64,000 nt of DNA from Ramazzottius varieornatus (Eukaryota; Animalia; Tardigrada). The notes under the pieces were generated by a model. That model ran no database searches, was not told the DNA's origin, and worked only from the letters and a program-made list of their open reading frames with translations. A program made the position numbers and the translations under genes. This document shows, piece by piece, positions 1 to 11,963 of this stretch. The stretch spans positions 2,091,548 through 2,155,547 of the forward strand of contig BDGG01000001.1 in assembly GCA_001949185.1 (NCBI GenBank), read 5' to 3'. Within the stretch, counting starts at the first letter, position 1. Every line of letters starts with the position of its first letter.

Positions 1-1888
1 ATGGTCGGAATGTTGGCTGGGGACTGAAACTCGGTTGGGGACTGAAACTCGGTTGGGGTTGAGGTGTGAAGCTGGTTTGTGGTCGTAGCTGGCTCATGAT
101 GGGGGCGTTGCTGGAACCAAAGTTGCTGCTGGTGGGGAAAGACCCGTAGCTTGAAGAGGTGAAGCTACCGGAAGCGGCAGGTGCGCTGCCGTAGGACGTG
201 GAGCCGTAACCGCCAGAGCCTTGGAGTCCACCACTGGTACCGAAGCCCGTACCGCTGCTACCGAATTGAGTGTTCGATCCACCGAAAGACGACTGGCCAC
301 TCGAGAATCCGGTTTGTCCTAAAGAGACGAAAAAAGCACGTCTTTCCTTAAAGGATTTGTTTAATTCGCAGTATTCCAACAAAATGTTTTTCGATCCAAA
401 CAAGTGCGAGTTTCGAGCGCTATACAGTGTAATATGATTTTCAGGTTTGGCTGTGTGACAGTGTGTCAGTTAAAGCGGTCTTTACCATACCTCCACTATT
501 GATGGATATGGCATTCGGATTATTGCCAGCTAAGGTTAGCGCACCTGATTGTCCACTTCCTGATCCGAAGCCCATTCCTTCGAAGCAAACAGTAATGGAA
601 AGAGTGCATATTTTTAGCGGATAATATTGCAGATATTTACCCGAACTACCACTGGAGCCGAAGTTTCCACTTGCCCCAAAGTTTCCGGAGCTTCCTGAAT
701 TGCCCATACCACCGAAGTTCCCAGACGAGCCAAAATTGCTTGCTCCACCCGAGTTGAACGACCCTCCGGCTCCCTGTGTTCCACCAGAGCCGAAGGTACC
801 GCCGGATCCAAAGTTGCCGGATGCGCCGAAATTACCAGAAGAGCCCGAGTTACCCGCAGACCCAAAGTTACCTGACGCACCGAAGTTGCCCGAAGACCCT
901 GAGTTTCCAGAAGCTCCGAAGTTGCCCGAAGACCCTGAGTTTCCAGAAGCTCCATAATTACCCGAGGCGCCGAAGTTCGAGCTTCCTCCACTGTTGAAAG
1001 ACCCACCAGAGTTGAAGGAACCGCCACCTGCGACCAACTGGCCGGAACTACCCGAACCACCGTCGTCTAGCAGGCGGACTCCGGCACCCAGGTATATCCT
1101 GGGATTAGAGTAACTGAAGAACTGCTGGGAGCTGCAAACGAGAGAAAAGAACGGTGAGTTCGGTCCCGTGATGGTGGTGTTGTATTATCTACTTACTTCC
1201 CGCATTGAATGTTGTACCAGTAATCACTAAAAAGGAGGACAAGACAAAATGATCACAATTGGTTTCAGGGACATACTAGACCGCGGAGAAAGGGATCTTA
1301 CCAGGTAAGAGTAATTTGGTTGAAGAGGGTTGAGACGGGACAGACATAAGTGTACAAAGGATTATTCGGCTCACAGCGATGGTAAACTACGAAGCGAAGG
1401 ATTCCTTATTGAAAAGACTTTTTGTGACTGACTTTTTGTTTTGACAGGGCGGAACGTTTACCTTGACATCCGCTCTGGATGTTGACGTAATAGCCTGGAC
1501 CGGGGACGCTGTTGCAGTCAAACTGGACATTCTGGGGAGCCTGGACCAAATTTGGGTAAGTCTGACCAGGAACCGCTTGGAGTATCAGCTGCAGAACTTC
1601 AGCTGCGTTGTAAGGTCCACGACCTCGAAGTTGATCGAGGGCGGCAAAGGCAGGTGGGTTTTGAGGTGGCGCTCCTTGGCCTTGTACCTACAAGTCGAAA
1701 ATCGATCACACTCCAGTTTTGAACATTCAGTTGAACATTGTTCTGAACAAACCCCATTTCTAACAGGGTAAAAATCAGTCGCTGAAATTCGAGAGCCGTC
1801 GATTGGCTCTCCACTGAGAGTTGCTTACGTTTACAGGGTCGCGCCATATGGTAAGGATGATAGCGAGCACTAAAGATATCCTGTCCAT
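1..1888 (-). CDS. Secreted chitin-binding (CBM14/peritrophin-A) protein with Gly/Ser/Asn-rich repeat tail; spliced, 3' end outside window
   Basis: Exon 1 MDRISLVLAIILTIW (signal-like, ATG 1888). Spliced exons give FDCNSVPGPGYYVNIQSGCQVYHRCEPNNPLYTYVCPVSTLFNQITLTCDYWYNIQCG (6-Cys CBM14), then YSNPR, GNFGAS/GNSGSS repeats (~640-1080) and a last visible exon 1-318 with PQPSFS repeats. Confidence 0.85.
640..1030 (-). repeat. Coding 18-nt-unit tandem repeat (hexapeptides GNFGAS/GNSGSS/GSFNSG)
   Basis: Includes a perfect 36-nt duplication, 881-916 and 917-952 (CGAAGTTGCCCGAAGACCCTGAGTTTCCAGAAGCTC). Confidence 0.9.
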
Positions 1889-2626
1889 GGCTGAACGAAA
1901 AGGAAACGGGAAATGAAGTATAGTCCGGGCCGAAACAAGATAAATGACCAAAGAAGACGATGGCGCGTTGACGAAGGTCCTCAAGTATGAATGAAAAGGT
2001 GAGATAAGTTCGTGCGAGACCGATATCGTTACCGTATCATTATCCGCAAGTACTTAGCATGGCGATGACACAAGAAAAACAAGGATCCAGTATTACGCAT
2101 AATATTTTCACTACTTAGAGGTACGTCTTCGGTGGATGATGCGCTGGACGAGCGATGACGCTGGACAGGTCGAAACGGAAGAAGGGGCCTGATGATCCGG
2201 GTAGGGTAATATTGTGACAATCGTCGTAATGTTTATATTCTGACCCAGCCTGCCACTGCCATGCCATGCTTGTCATGTCGGGCCGTTGTTTGTGCAACGG
2301 TCGGCACTTTCTCGGCCAATATTATGTTAGACTAAAACATTCAGAGCACAATACTCGGCATGCACTCCATACAGTGGTCATTGTTGCCACGTTGAGGGAA
2401 ACCCTTCCAAAAAAGTCGTTGCATACACTTCACGGAATCTGCCTGAACACTATTGAAAAGTCAATGCTGAAATTTCTTATTGTTGTTTTCCACAGGGGAA
2501 TTTTTCTTGGCGACATGGATACAGAACATCCTTTTTTGAACATTTTTGAGACACTGTGAAAATACAGACTTGGTTATCTGTCTTATTCAAAACGAAAGAG
2601 AAAGAAGACATTGGAGTATTCTATCG

Positions 2627-4536
2627 TTATTGTACGGGGAAAAGAGATGGTGCAACAGTCACTGCATGGTTTGGCCGGAGAACGCGGCGTTGGCGTGGCG
2701 GTACTGTTGTGTTTGGCTGGGCTTCTTGGCTTCGTGGCCCTGTACCTTGTGTCGACGGGAGTGTCCATGCTTCCATGGCCAAGTCCATTAGTCGTTGACG
2801 AGGCCGTGCTCGCAGAGTTTGTAACTGTAAGAATTGCATGGGTTGATTCAAAGATGGGCGGCTGGTAGTATTTCTTGATGGGTTTGAGGTTGGCGCATTC
2901 GTGGAACGGATTGTTGTGGCTTCGGTTGGAAGATTTGTCTGGGAAGTTGGCTCTTGGTCGTCAGCTTCCGATGGTGGTGGGAAGCTAAAGAGCGGGGAAG
3001 CAAAGCGCTCGCTGGCGAAGAAAAGTGACGCGCCAGGTGGCAATGGTGTCGCATCATTTCGCGGTTTTTCGTTCCTCATGGGCAGAGCCGTTTTCTCGGG
3101 AAATTCAGCCTGTGAAAGACGCTTAAATAAGTTGGAAAAGAAACTTTCAACTTGAGCTGCGATGTTGGCAAATGCCTTAAACAGGATCTTTTGCCAGCGG
3201 CGCAAACCTTCAGCTGAAAACAGCGAGAACGTGCGTCACTTGAGTTGGCGTTCACGCTCAGTTCATCTGGCGACGTCCGAATTAATGGACAAGTCTAGCT
3301 TACCGGTACTGGGTTTGGTACTGGTATGTCTAGCTGCCTGGCTCCCGGCATGACCAGCTCGTCGTGGCGAGTTTGTGGGTTTGGGGCGTGTTGAATTTGG
3401 TGCGGCTTGACCGGTTCGCGATCGTTGTTTGGATGTTCCGCAATAGCCATTAGCGGTGTATCAGGTGCCGCTTCGTCATTCGGGTTTCCGGGGAAGGAAT
3501 CGGAGTCTTCCAGCTGGAACTGGCGGAAGGGTGTCATGAGTCGCGCATCTGGGCGATCGCGGCCGAAATCCCGACCGCGATTTGGTTCTTGCGGAAGTCT
3601 GTTCACGGAAGGTCCGTCAGTCGGGTCCTCCAGGAACTTGCCGTTTATGAACATGCGGGGGTTCGAGTACGAATAGAAAGCTACCGCCCTAAAAGCGTGA
3701 CAAGCACCGATGCAAAACAATAAAAATACGGAAGGCTGAAGGAAATATCAGTTGAAGCGGAATGAATTCTGATACTTGGCGCAGTCCACATTGTAGAACC
3801 AGTCACAAACAAGCGTCACTTGGTTGAAGAGCTATGAATGAGAAGATCGATTGGTCAGAGGTCTGGATCGGTTTTGAATTTCTGAAATTATTCTGATAAC
3901 TTACGGTTTTGTTCGGACAAATGAAAGATGTCATGGTTCCGTCAATATCGCATCGCCTATGAGACAAAGGTTCGGAAACCGCTCGTTATAATTATATCAG
4001 CAAATTTCTCAAGTGTATACCTGTAAACTTGGCAGTGGGCGCTCTGGTCCGCGTAGTATCTGAGAACAAAGAACAATGCAGTTTCATCTTTCTCCGTTTT
4101 GCAGGATGGGATCATCCGATCATGCGTCCAGTTGCGCTGTCCTTACCCCGGCTGCGGGACTTGTTTACATCGAAAGCCGGTTTGCGGTATTTCTTTAAGG
4201 ACCGGGTACGTGACTCCTACGAACGACAAGTAAGCCTTGCTCACATATCACGTTATAAACAACGTTTGCAACGTTCACCACACCTGGAATGGCGTTTGCC
4301 ATAGTTTCACGTATATCTCCGACATAGTTGTTGCTTTGCAGGGACTTCAGAACACGTAATTGCTCCAGTGCGACAGAAGCTGGTGGTCCTTGGGCGGAAG
4401 CTCTGGATTCACTACACTGTACAGCAAAGGAAGAAGGTGAAGAGGCCAGATTTGGTAGCGTGAAGGAACAAACACTACATACCAAGAGGGTCAACAGGAA
4501 AATGCAAATCAGCCGGAAACAGGCATCGATATCCAT
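2627..4536 (-). CDS. Secreted chitin-binding (CBM14) protein, paralog 2, with Pro/Ser/Thr-rich tail
   Basis: Signal MDIDACFRLICIFLLTLLVCSVCS. Small exons spell YYADQSAHCQVYRRCDIDGTMTSFICPNKTLFNQVTLVCDWFYNVDCAK, then YSYSNPR. Last exon taken as ORF 2627-3205. Confidence 0.8.
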
Positions 4537-5893
4537 TTTCCTAAGGTGCGCCACTGTTGCGAGGTTGAATAAACAAAAACAGAAAAATAATTTCGATAAT
4601 CTGCTGCGATTCCTACAGTACGACAAGTCAGTTTCCCTACTGGATACTTTGAACGTTCGGCGCTAGAAATTAAGTCAGTAGAGCAATGGGTCTCACATAG
4701 TAAATGTTTGCACAAACGTTCGCGTTTTATATTGGAGGTAGGATCGTCCAATTGTTTAGGGAATTAAGTCGCTTGTGTAACAGTGTTGGTACTGACGCCA
4801 GTGGACGACGCTGAAAGAAACGCACTATAGTGTTGACGTTGTCGGTGAATGGAGGAACAAAAGGGGAGCTTTAGTGTTTTGTGGCCCACAATGGCGTATA
4901 CATGCAGTAAGCACTGTCTTGACATTTGCACTTCCGGTAGCAAAGCCTATGGTTGGCCGTATTGGTACACGGTGGCTAGTGCGCACTACAGCGGCCCTAT
5001 TGTTCGAAGAGCGCCATTTGGCACAAATGTGAAGAGCTTAACACCCTCACAGCATATTTTCTGCCGGGTTTAAAGTCTGTAGGCCAGTAAGTTAACCCTG
5101 CAAGAACTTGGTCCGAGTACCATAAATGCCCAGTAAGCCTAAGATCCCACACAAAGTTTTCGAAAAACACACCGGAAAACTGAAGGGAAACTAGGAATAT
5201 GCGTAGTGGACTACTCTTTCTGCAAATTTTTACACAGAGTTATCGAACCTCTCGGATAAGCGATGTGAATTTAGCAGCCAAATCCACGGAACAGTATGCC
5301 TGGTTCACAGTGCATTTTTCTACGTGTTTTACAAAAGACTACGAGGAGGGCGATATAAGTCCAGCATACCGGTTTTCCTGACATAATTCGGGCAAATTTA
5401 TCTCGATGACTTTCACACCTACAGTATCTGTCTACTTTTTCTTCCAGGGGATAGAAAAACCTGTTTGCTAAAGCTCTCAATAGGTCTGACGATAAGACGA
5501 ACTCAGAAGTCCAGGAAATCTTTTCCGGGAAGAAGCGGTATGCCTGATGTTAAAAAGCCAGATATGCTGTATCAACAGGCGTACGATGAGAGGAGATCAA
5601 TCAAGCGTTAACGGTTACGCTTAACGTTTTTGCGTTGCCCGAACTATGTCCCCCTCCTCGTACGAGTGATCTTTCGGTCCGCCAACATCGTCATGGTGAT
5701 CGGTCATGCTCGAGGCCCAGATCCTACGTACGTTAGACCACAGAGCAACTGGAGTATCTGGCGAAGAGTTCCGCCCGTCATGATGCACTAAATAATCTCG
5801 AAGACCTTATTCGCTAGAACAGATTTATCCATGATGAGAACCTTACACAGTCTGCATATCCGAAGTAAGAAAGGCGAGTAAATCAAGTCCGGA

Positions 5894-7561
5894 ATGATGA
5901 ACGCTGCTTCGTCATACTTTTGTTTCAACTGCGAGGACCGCACAACCGTGAATGAATTGGTAATTTTAGGCAATATAGATCATTGAACTTCTAGTAAACA
6001 CTAAGCGGGAACACGATTCAGACGGACTTTCAAACTATTACTTACCTTGGTTTCTCTGCAGGACCTCACCTGCGAACGCTGTGGTGGAGAATTCGTCCAG
6101 GCGGTTAACGAGTCCGACATACCTGTTCTGATGGATCCACGAATTCCTCGACGGACAGCGCAGGCAACAGTCAGCCCTTCCCCGGAAGAGGATGACACCT
6201 ACCTCAACTCGTTGGCCCCGCTGCGGGATGCCTTGAACGATGTACGTTGCCTATGGAAAAATTCGTCCTTCTCGAACTTCTTTGTGCTAAGTGATACTTA
6301 TTTCAGTTTGCCCGAACTTTAGGTTCCCATGGTCTTCCACCTGTACTGAACGACCGTCACGCCTCCCACAGCGGTAAAAAGCTACTGTAACGTGGGATTG
6401 CGAGAATGAACTTACCCAAATCACTTTCCTGAGTGGCGCACGCTCTTAGCCAGTACCTATGATCATGTGCACCACTTGACATGGCCATCTGGGTGAACTC
6501 ATTTGCCGACGTCCCAAGTTGGTCACTGGCTTTGTCGGCCTGTCCGTTAGAGGTTGTTACTAACCTACATCTGATTTCCGGTCATAGCTAACAGGCATGC
6601 TCTCAGTTTGGGTTTCCGGCTGGTTCGCGAGCCTACGCCTACAAGGCAGTCCACTCCGATGTTGAGTAACCTTAGTTCGGTCGTTGAGGAGATGAGCAAC
6701 GACACGGAGATTATGCCTCCTCTAACGGACAGTGATGATGATGATATGCCCGGTCTGGAGCCCAATGAAGAGCAACCCAACGACTTACGGAATCTCTTCC
6801 AGCCAGTGCGCGTCCATTTCCAAGTTAACGCCCCTACACCCGGCCAGCCACAGTAAGGAGCCAGTCAGCTCCTGTCCTTCTATTTCCACGTTCATACGTT
6901 CCGCGGGACTTGAAAGTGATGTGAGCTTTGTTTTCAGTATCAATATGGATCCGCAGTTTCTGCGCATAGTCATGCGGGAGTATAACGAACGAACGAACCG
7001 GAACCTGACTCAGCAGTTTTTCACGCATGCCGCCAGTTCCTTTGAACGGGTGAACAACGTGCTGGTAGACCTAGTGAGCAACATGTTACGACAGGAGCAG
7101 GGTACGAAGCCCATTACGGAGGAACAGCTCCAAAATATCCCTGTCCATCCCGTCGATCCATCCATGCTTGGTTAGTCGCCCTTCCCATTCTCTGTGCTAA
7201 ACCTTCGTTTAGTTTACAGATCCACTTTCAGGTGAAAATCCAGCTTGTGCGGTATGCCTCGAGCCTTTTGCTGTGGACCAATCGTACAAGAATATTACAT
7301 GCCAGCACCGCTTCCACCCCTATTGTTTGGACCGATGGCTTCTTACTGTAAGGAAGATTTCGTTCATGGTGATCTATCGAAAATACCTGTCTGGTACCTG
7401 ACTGAAATTTACCAAGCTAATTGAATTTTCGTGCTTTGCAGCACGGAAATTGTCCTGTTTGTCGCACGCCATACTGCACAGACACTACAACGACAGAGGT
7501 CGCTATCGACACACCGGTTATCGACAGCTCAGTTACGTCAACAATGGACAGTTTAGACTGA
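5894..7561 (+). CDS. RNF115/RNF126-like E3 ubiquitin ligase (N-terminal zinc ribbon + C-terminal RING-H2)
   Basis: MMNAASSYFCFNCED..DLTCERCGGEFVQ zinc ribbon. RING-H2 [34 protein letters not shown] across exons 7232-7347 and 7442-7561. Confidence 0.85.
6394..6515. repeat. Palindromic AAGTGGCGCAC-N25-GTGCGCCACTT element (RING gene intron)
   Basis: Arms 6431-6441 and 6467-6477, spacer 25; outer arm ends ATTTGCCGACGTCCC. Confidence 0.85.
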
Positions 7562-7593
7562 AGTCACCTCCGCTTGGTCGGTATGGTCCAAGC

Positions 7594-10093
7594 TTAGTAG
7601 TTTGTGTTGGTTTCGGATTGAAAATCGTTTTCCGAACTGTTGCTGTGAGCGAACTGTAACCGTTGAAACAGTCCGCTGTCTTGCTGTGGAACTCCCTCTG
7701 TTGGTCCAGTGAAGCTTGGTTCCGTTTGTGGCTGGGTACGAGCCGGTGAAGGACCATTCATTTGATTGAGTCTCGTGTCTATGGGCTTGAACACCGATCC
7801 TGTAAACAGCCGGAACATGCCGGAAGTTGGCTGGTAGTCGTCGTCGAACTGGACAGACTGCGGCACTTGGCCCAGTTCGTCTTGATGCGACACCGTAAAG
7901 TATCTACTGGTGGAGGAAGACACTTCTTCATCTTGGTCATGGCTTCTTTGTGAAACCGATGTCGTTGTTTCCACGGGGTCAGGGTCGGTGAGAGGTATCC
8001 AAGTATTCATGAAGTCGGAATGGACAGAGAGCTGTCGGCTTAATCCAGAGGGCGCTTCGGTCGGGATGAAGTTGGAATCGAAAGTTGGGAGGACCCAATC
8101 GCCCATTCTGGCATCCGGCTGAGTATTAGCCTGGCTTTGCTGGTCGAATGGTTGCCTGGTATAGTCTGGGGAGCCATTGTCGGGTGGAAAGTTTCGGCTG
8201 GTGGGGTTAAAGTCCTGAGGGAACCTTCTTTCAGAAGGTTTATCCACTTGCGGGTTGAACGAACTGGCGAACTGGTCGTTTCGGTTTTGTGGGTCGAAGA
8301 TCTGCGAGATGATGTTCGGGCTATTCGAATTCAAAGGCGGGTTAACGTTCTGTGGTCGACGGTCGAATGAATCTAGCTGCTGTGGTTCGGACATAAGTTG
8401 GAAGTTTGACGGAAGGTTTTGGGTGAACCTGGCGGGTATTGTGGGAACGAATATCTCGGTTGGGACCGCGGACTGATGAAAAGGAAAGGGCGTGGCCGCT
8501 GGTGCAGCTTGGATGGCTGGACTCATCGTGGGAACCCTCTTGTCGTTAACGGCCACCCGACGAAAGTTTTCTTGGTCTTGATCCGCGTCTGCGAACGAGG
8601 GTCGGGTCCGCTGGCTTTGAGGTTGAGAAAACAAGAGTTTGTTTCGGGTGAGGAGATCGCCACCCGGTAGCGATGTTTCTCCAAACGCTGGGCCTTGTTG
8701 TCGCACTGGTGGTGGTAGGTGTATTGATTTGAAGGACGACGGAGGCGTTGACGTGAATGGAACGAAATCCGTTTGTGGTGGAGCTGAAACGACTTGTGGT
8801 GGATTGATAAACGTTCGCATCTAACCGAAAAATAAAGAAATTCTGCATATGTACTGTGAGAATTGTGTGTCTATCAAGATCAATGTCAGGGCATTATTCA
8901 AGCAATAATTCCAATTTCGATATTATGTACAGTACTTGGTTATTCATGGAGTTATCAGACTGTGGTGGAAGTCTTCGACGGAGCATTTTGGAGTTGAAAA
9001 GCCCGGCTACGGACTGTCGATGTCCTGCTGATGGCATATTCGGCATTACAGAAGGTCCCATCTGAGCGTTGTACGCCGGCTGGACGGAGTTCACGTTGCT
9101 CTGCAGAGACTGGGTTGGTACATTGGAAGCCGGAACTCTGCTGTCAGGTCCACTGGTGTACATTGTCATGGGCTTTTGGGCATTGACAGATGGATCCTTA
9201 ATGTCAGGGATGACAATAGGAATGATGCGAGATTGAGCGGTATCGAAATTGGGCTGGTTGACGAAACCCGGAAGTGCGGAGGCTGCAGTGGGGCTAGAGG
9301 TCACGTTCCCATCGTTAGCTGGAAAAACAGACCACGATTACGACTGCGAGAACAAGAGAATTCCCTGTGTGAGACTGGGTCTGATGGGATGCACCATTCT
9401 GCAGAAAGGTGACGTTGGGGCCGAGGTACAGTCGGGGATTCGAATAATCGTAAAACTGCGTTGACTTCTCGCACTGCACGTTATACCACCAGTCGCCTAA
9501 AAAACCCAGTTTAATTTTTTAGCTGAAGAACGATTGATAAAGCATGGGCAACAGAGTTATCAAGATCCTACAGTTGAGGATGATCTGGTTGAATAGTTTC
9601 CCGACCGGACACAGATAAGTATACAGCGGTGAGTTCAGCTCGCATCGGTAATAGACTTGACATCCGTAATCTGGGAAAAACAATGCCCGCTTCATTTTTT
9701 GTCGGGATGGGCTGTTTGGCTGTCGGTATTATGGTTGTCAGTTATTACCCGGATCAGCGTAATAGCCTGTTTGATGGACGTTTGCGCAACGGAAGGAAAC
9801 ATCTTCTGGAAGCTTGGTTATGTTTGGGTAGCTGATGCCGGGTGAAGCGGTGGCTGTCAAATTGGCTATTTCGGCGGCAGTATATTCCCCGGTGCGTCCT
9901 CGGAGAATATCAAGAGCCATGTTAGCTGGAATATCGGTGGCGGAAAGCACGGATAAGCTTCCTGACGTTACCTATAAAAAGATCCCTCGTTCCACATTTT
10001 ACAGGTCGCACGAGGTGAAAATAACTTGCGCCACGTTTTACGTACCAAAAAGAAGCCGAACACATGAAAATATTCATCAAAGTTGCGTGACAT
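7594..10093 (-). CDS. Chitin-binding (CBM14) protein, paralog 3, with long Pro/Gln/Ser/Phe-rich disordered tail
   Basis: Spliced FRCANVHQTGYYADPDYGCQVYYRCELNSPLYTYLCPVGKLFNQIILNCDWWYNVQCEKSTQFYDYSNPR. Long tail ORFs 8894-9304 and 7594-8820. Start at 10093 is tentative. Confidence 0.8.
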
Positions 10094-10512
10094 GTTGGTA
10101 ACTGGACGTAGTATGCTCCAAACTATACTCAAGCAAACCTGAACCTACTAACTTATATCCATTATAGAAATGAATAAAGCTGAATGACAAGACGAATCGA
10201 AACCGCAAGCGGAAGCTGGTACGTGTACCTGCCGATACTCGAGGACCTACGTGGGATTGAGCTGATACTGACGGTCGGTTATTATTGCGACCTGCTTTCG
10301 CGGTTGGCAACTGAGATCAGAGATCTTGCTGTGCGATGCAGTAAAGACAATATTTTTCTCCGATCTTTCTACATTGTTTCGACTACCAAAATAATTAGAG
10401 TGGGCGGAAATGAAACAGTGGAGGATTTCTGTAGGAAATCCAGCTCAGGTGGCGCCACTATACAATTGGAAATTAATTTGCATGTACTCGTACCTGTACA
10501 TCGTACTTCAGT

Positions 10513-11700
10513 TTATCCGTATTCCTGAAAAATATTGTCGTAAAACATCCCAGCCACCCCCAAGATCGTATGGGAGTGCAAAGTTTTGATGTAGATGTAG
10601 TATGATCCAGGATTACCGAGGACCGTCTTCCACCACTGAAGTTGCTCCGCCGAGTATGGCCAGAAGAACGATATGAACTCACCATGGGTTTCTGGTGTCA
10701 GCCAAGAGTTGCAGCTTGAGAATAGGGAGAATTTACAAGAGTTACTGTGATGATGATCCCCGCTGCGGCCAGAGCAGTAATTCCTGCTTCCAGTTCTTCC
10801 GCCGTTTTCTGGTCAAAAGTTTTGTTACAGCGAGGAAATCGCACGACCCTGCCGAATTGAGCGAGATCTTCAGGGTTGCCATTCCACTTTCTCTTCGGGA
10901 TGAGATTGCGGTCCAGTATCTTCTGCTATTCTGCTGGAAAAGATTGAAGGTGAAAGGGTGGCGAAAAGCCACAAGGTTTCCCGGATAAAGGACTCAAGCT
11001 GGAATTTTGATATGGATCATTTTGTTGTACGTAAACGAAGTTTATGATGTTGTATTGCAAAAGCAAATCGTCTTCCCGGAGTAATATGTCTCTCGTTTCT
11101 TGTTCCCACTCACTGCAGAAGCCCTTCAGGCAGCATTTAGTCTACTTGAAAAACACGATACCCTTTTTGAATCGTACTTGACGGAAAAGTATGTTCTTCC
11201 AAAGGAACGAAACTCTGTACAGATAAGCTGATATTATTCGACCAAGACACCAAATCGAAGAGAGACCTCGGCAAACAAACTCGACCGGATCGTATTTCTT
11301 TCCTTCAGCCAAACACCAAAAGGAAACAAACTCGGGGATACTGGCGGAGTTGATGTTCGCCTCGGTCTTGGTTCGGTAATCCTTGGTGAGTGGAAGCCTC
11401 GTCTTCCAGCTCTTGTCAGAAGGGTCGAAGGGGGGTGGCACAGACAGCGGCATCAAACAAAGGTCAGGAAGAGCTGAACCTGCAAGGAGGGGACGGAAGT
11501 CAGGAATACTCGTGGAACACAACAGCTCTAGAAGGGAAACCTCCACGTCAAAGTTCAGCCAGGTAGGAAGGATCGCTCACCTGAACTTACAGGAAGCTCA
11601 CAGGATAACATGAACAAAGTCTGGAACAGGTAAAATGCTGAGACGAAAACGTAGGAAAGTTGTGAAACTGTGGAAGGCTCAGCCGTAGCCGTCCATTGGC
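10513..11700 (-). CDS. Putative spliced gene of unknown function
   Basis: Consecutive coding-like minus-strand segments: GSALPDLCLMP..GKKYDP; TKCCLKGFCSEWEQETRDILLRE..; QKILDRNLIPKRKW..AAAGIIIT; HGEFISFFWPY..IFQEYG*. Start not resolved and no family recognised. Confidence 0.45.
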
Positions 11701-11963
11701 CGGTTTCTTTGTTGTGGGCAGCGACAAATGCTGCGACTTCCAGATAAACATTCCATGCACCACGGGATGGCCTGACAGAAAGCTTTAATTTTGATCGAAA
11801 GAAGGCATTTTGGCAGGCCGTCGCGGAGAATTCATGTGGGAGACTTCTGATTTTATCCTGGCATTTTCCTGCTTTGCTAAATCATTGTTTCGGTTGATAT
11901 GATCGTCTTCTGGCTTGATCTGGAGTCTTAACTTCCTTTCTGCCGGATCTAGGTTCTTGAGAG

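Noticed and set aside
700-957. Plus-strand ORF of PKLPED repeats
   Set aside because: Antisense shadow of the Gly/Ser repeat exon of the CBM14 gene.
4977-5019. Degenerate dyad TAGTGCGCAC..GAGCGCCATTT; similar weak cases at ~30004-30052 and ~55590-55630
   Set aside because: Spacing is 22, 27 and about 23 nt, arms are poor and outer arms unclear; not counted as copies, although old intergenic remnants cannot be excluded.
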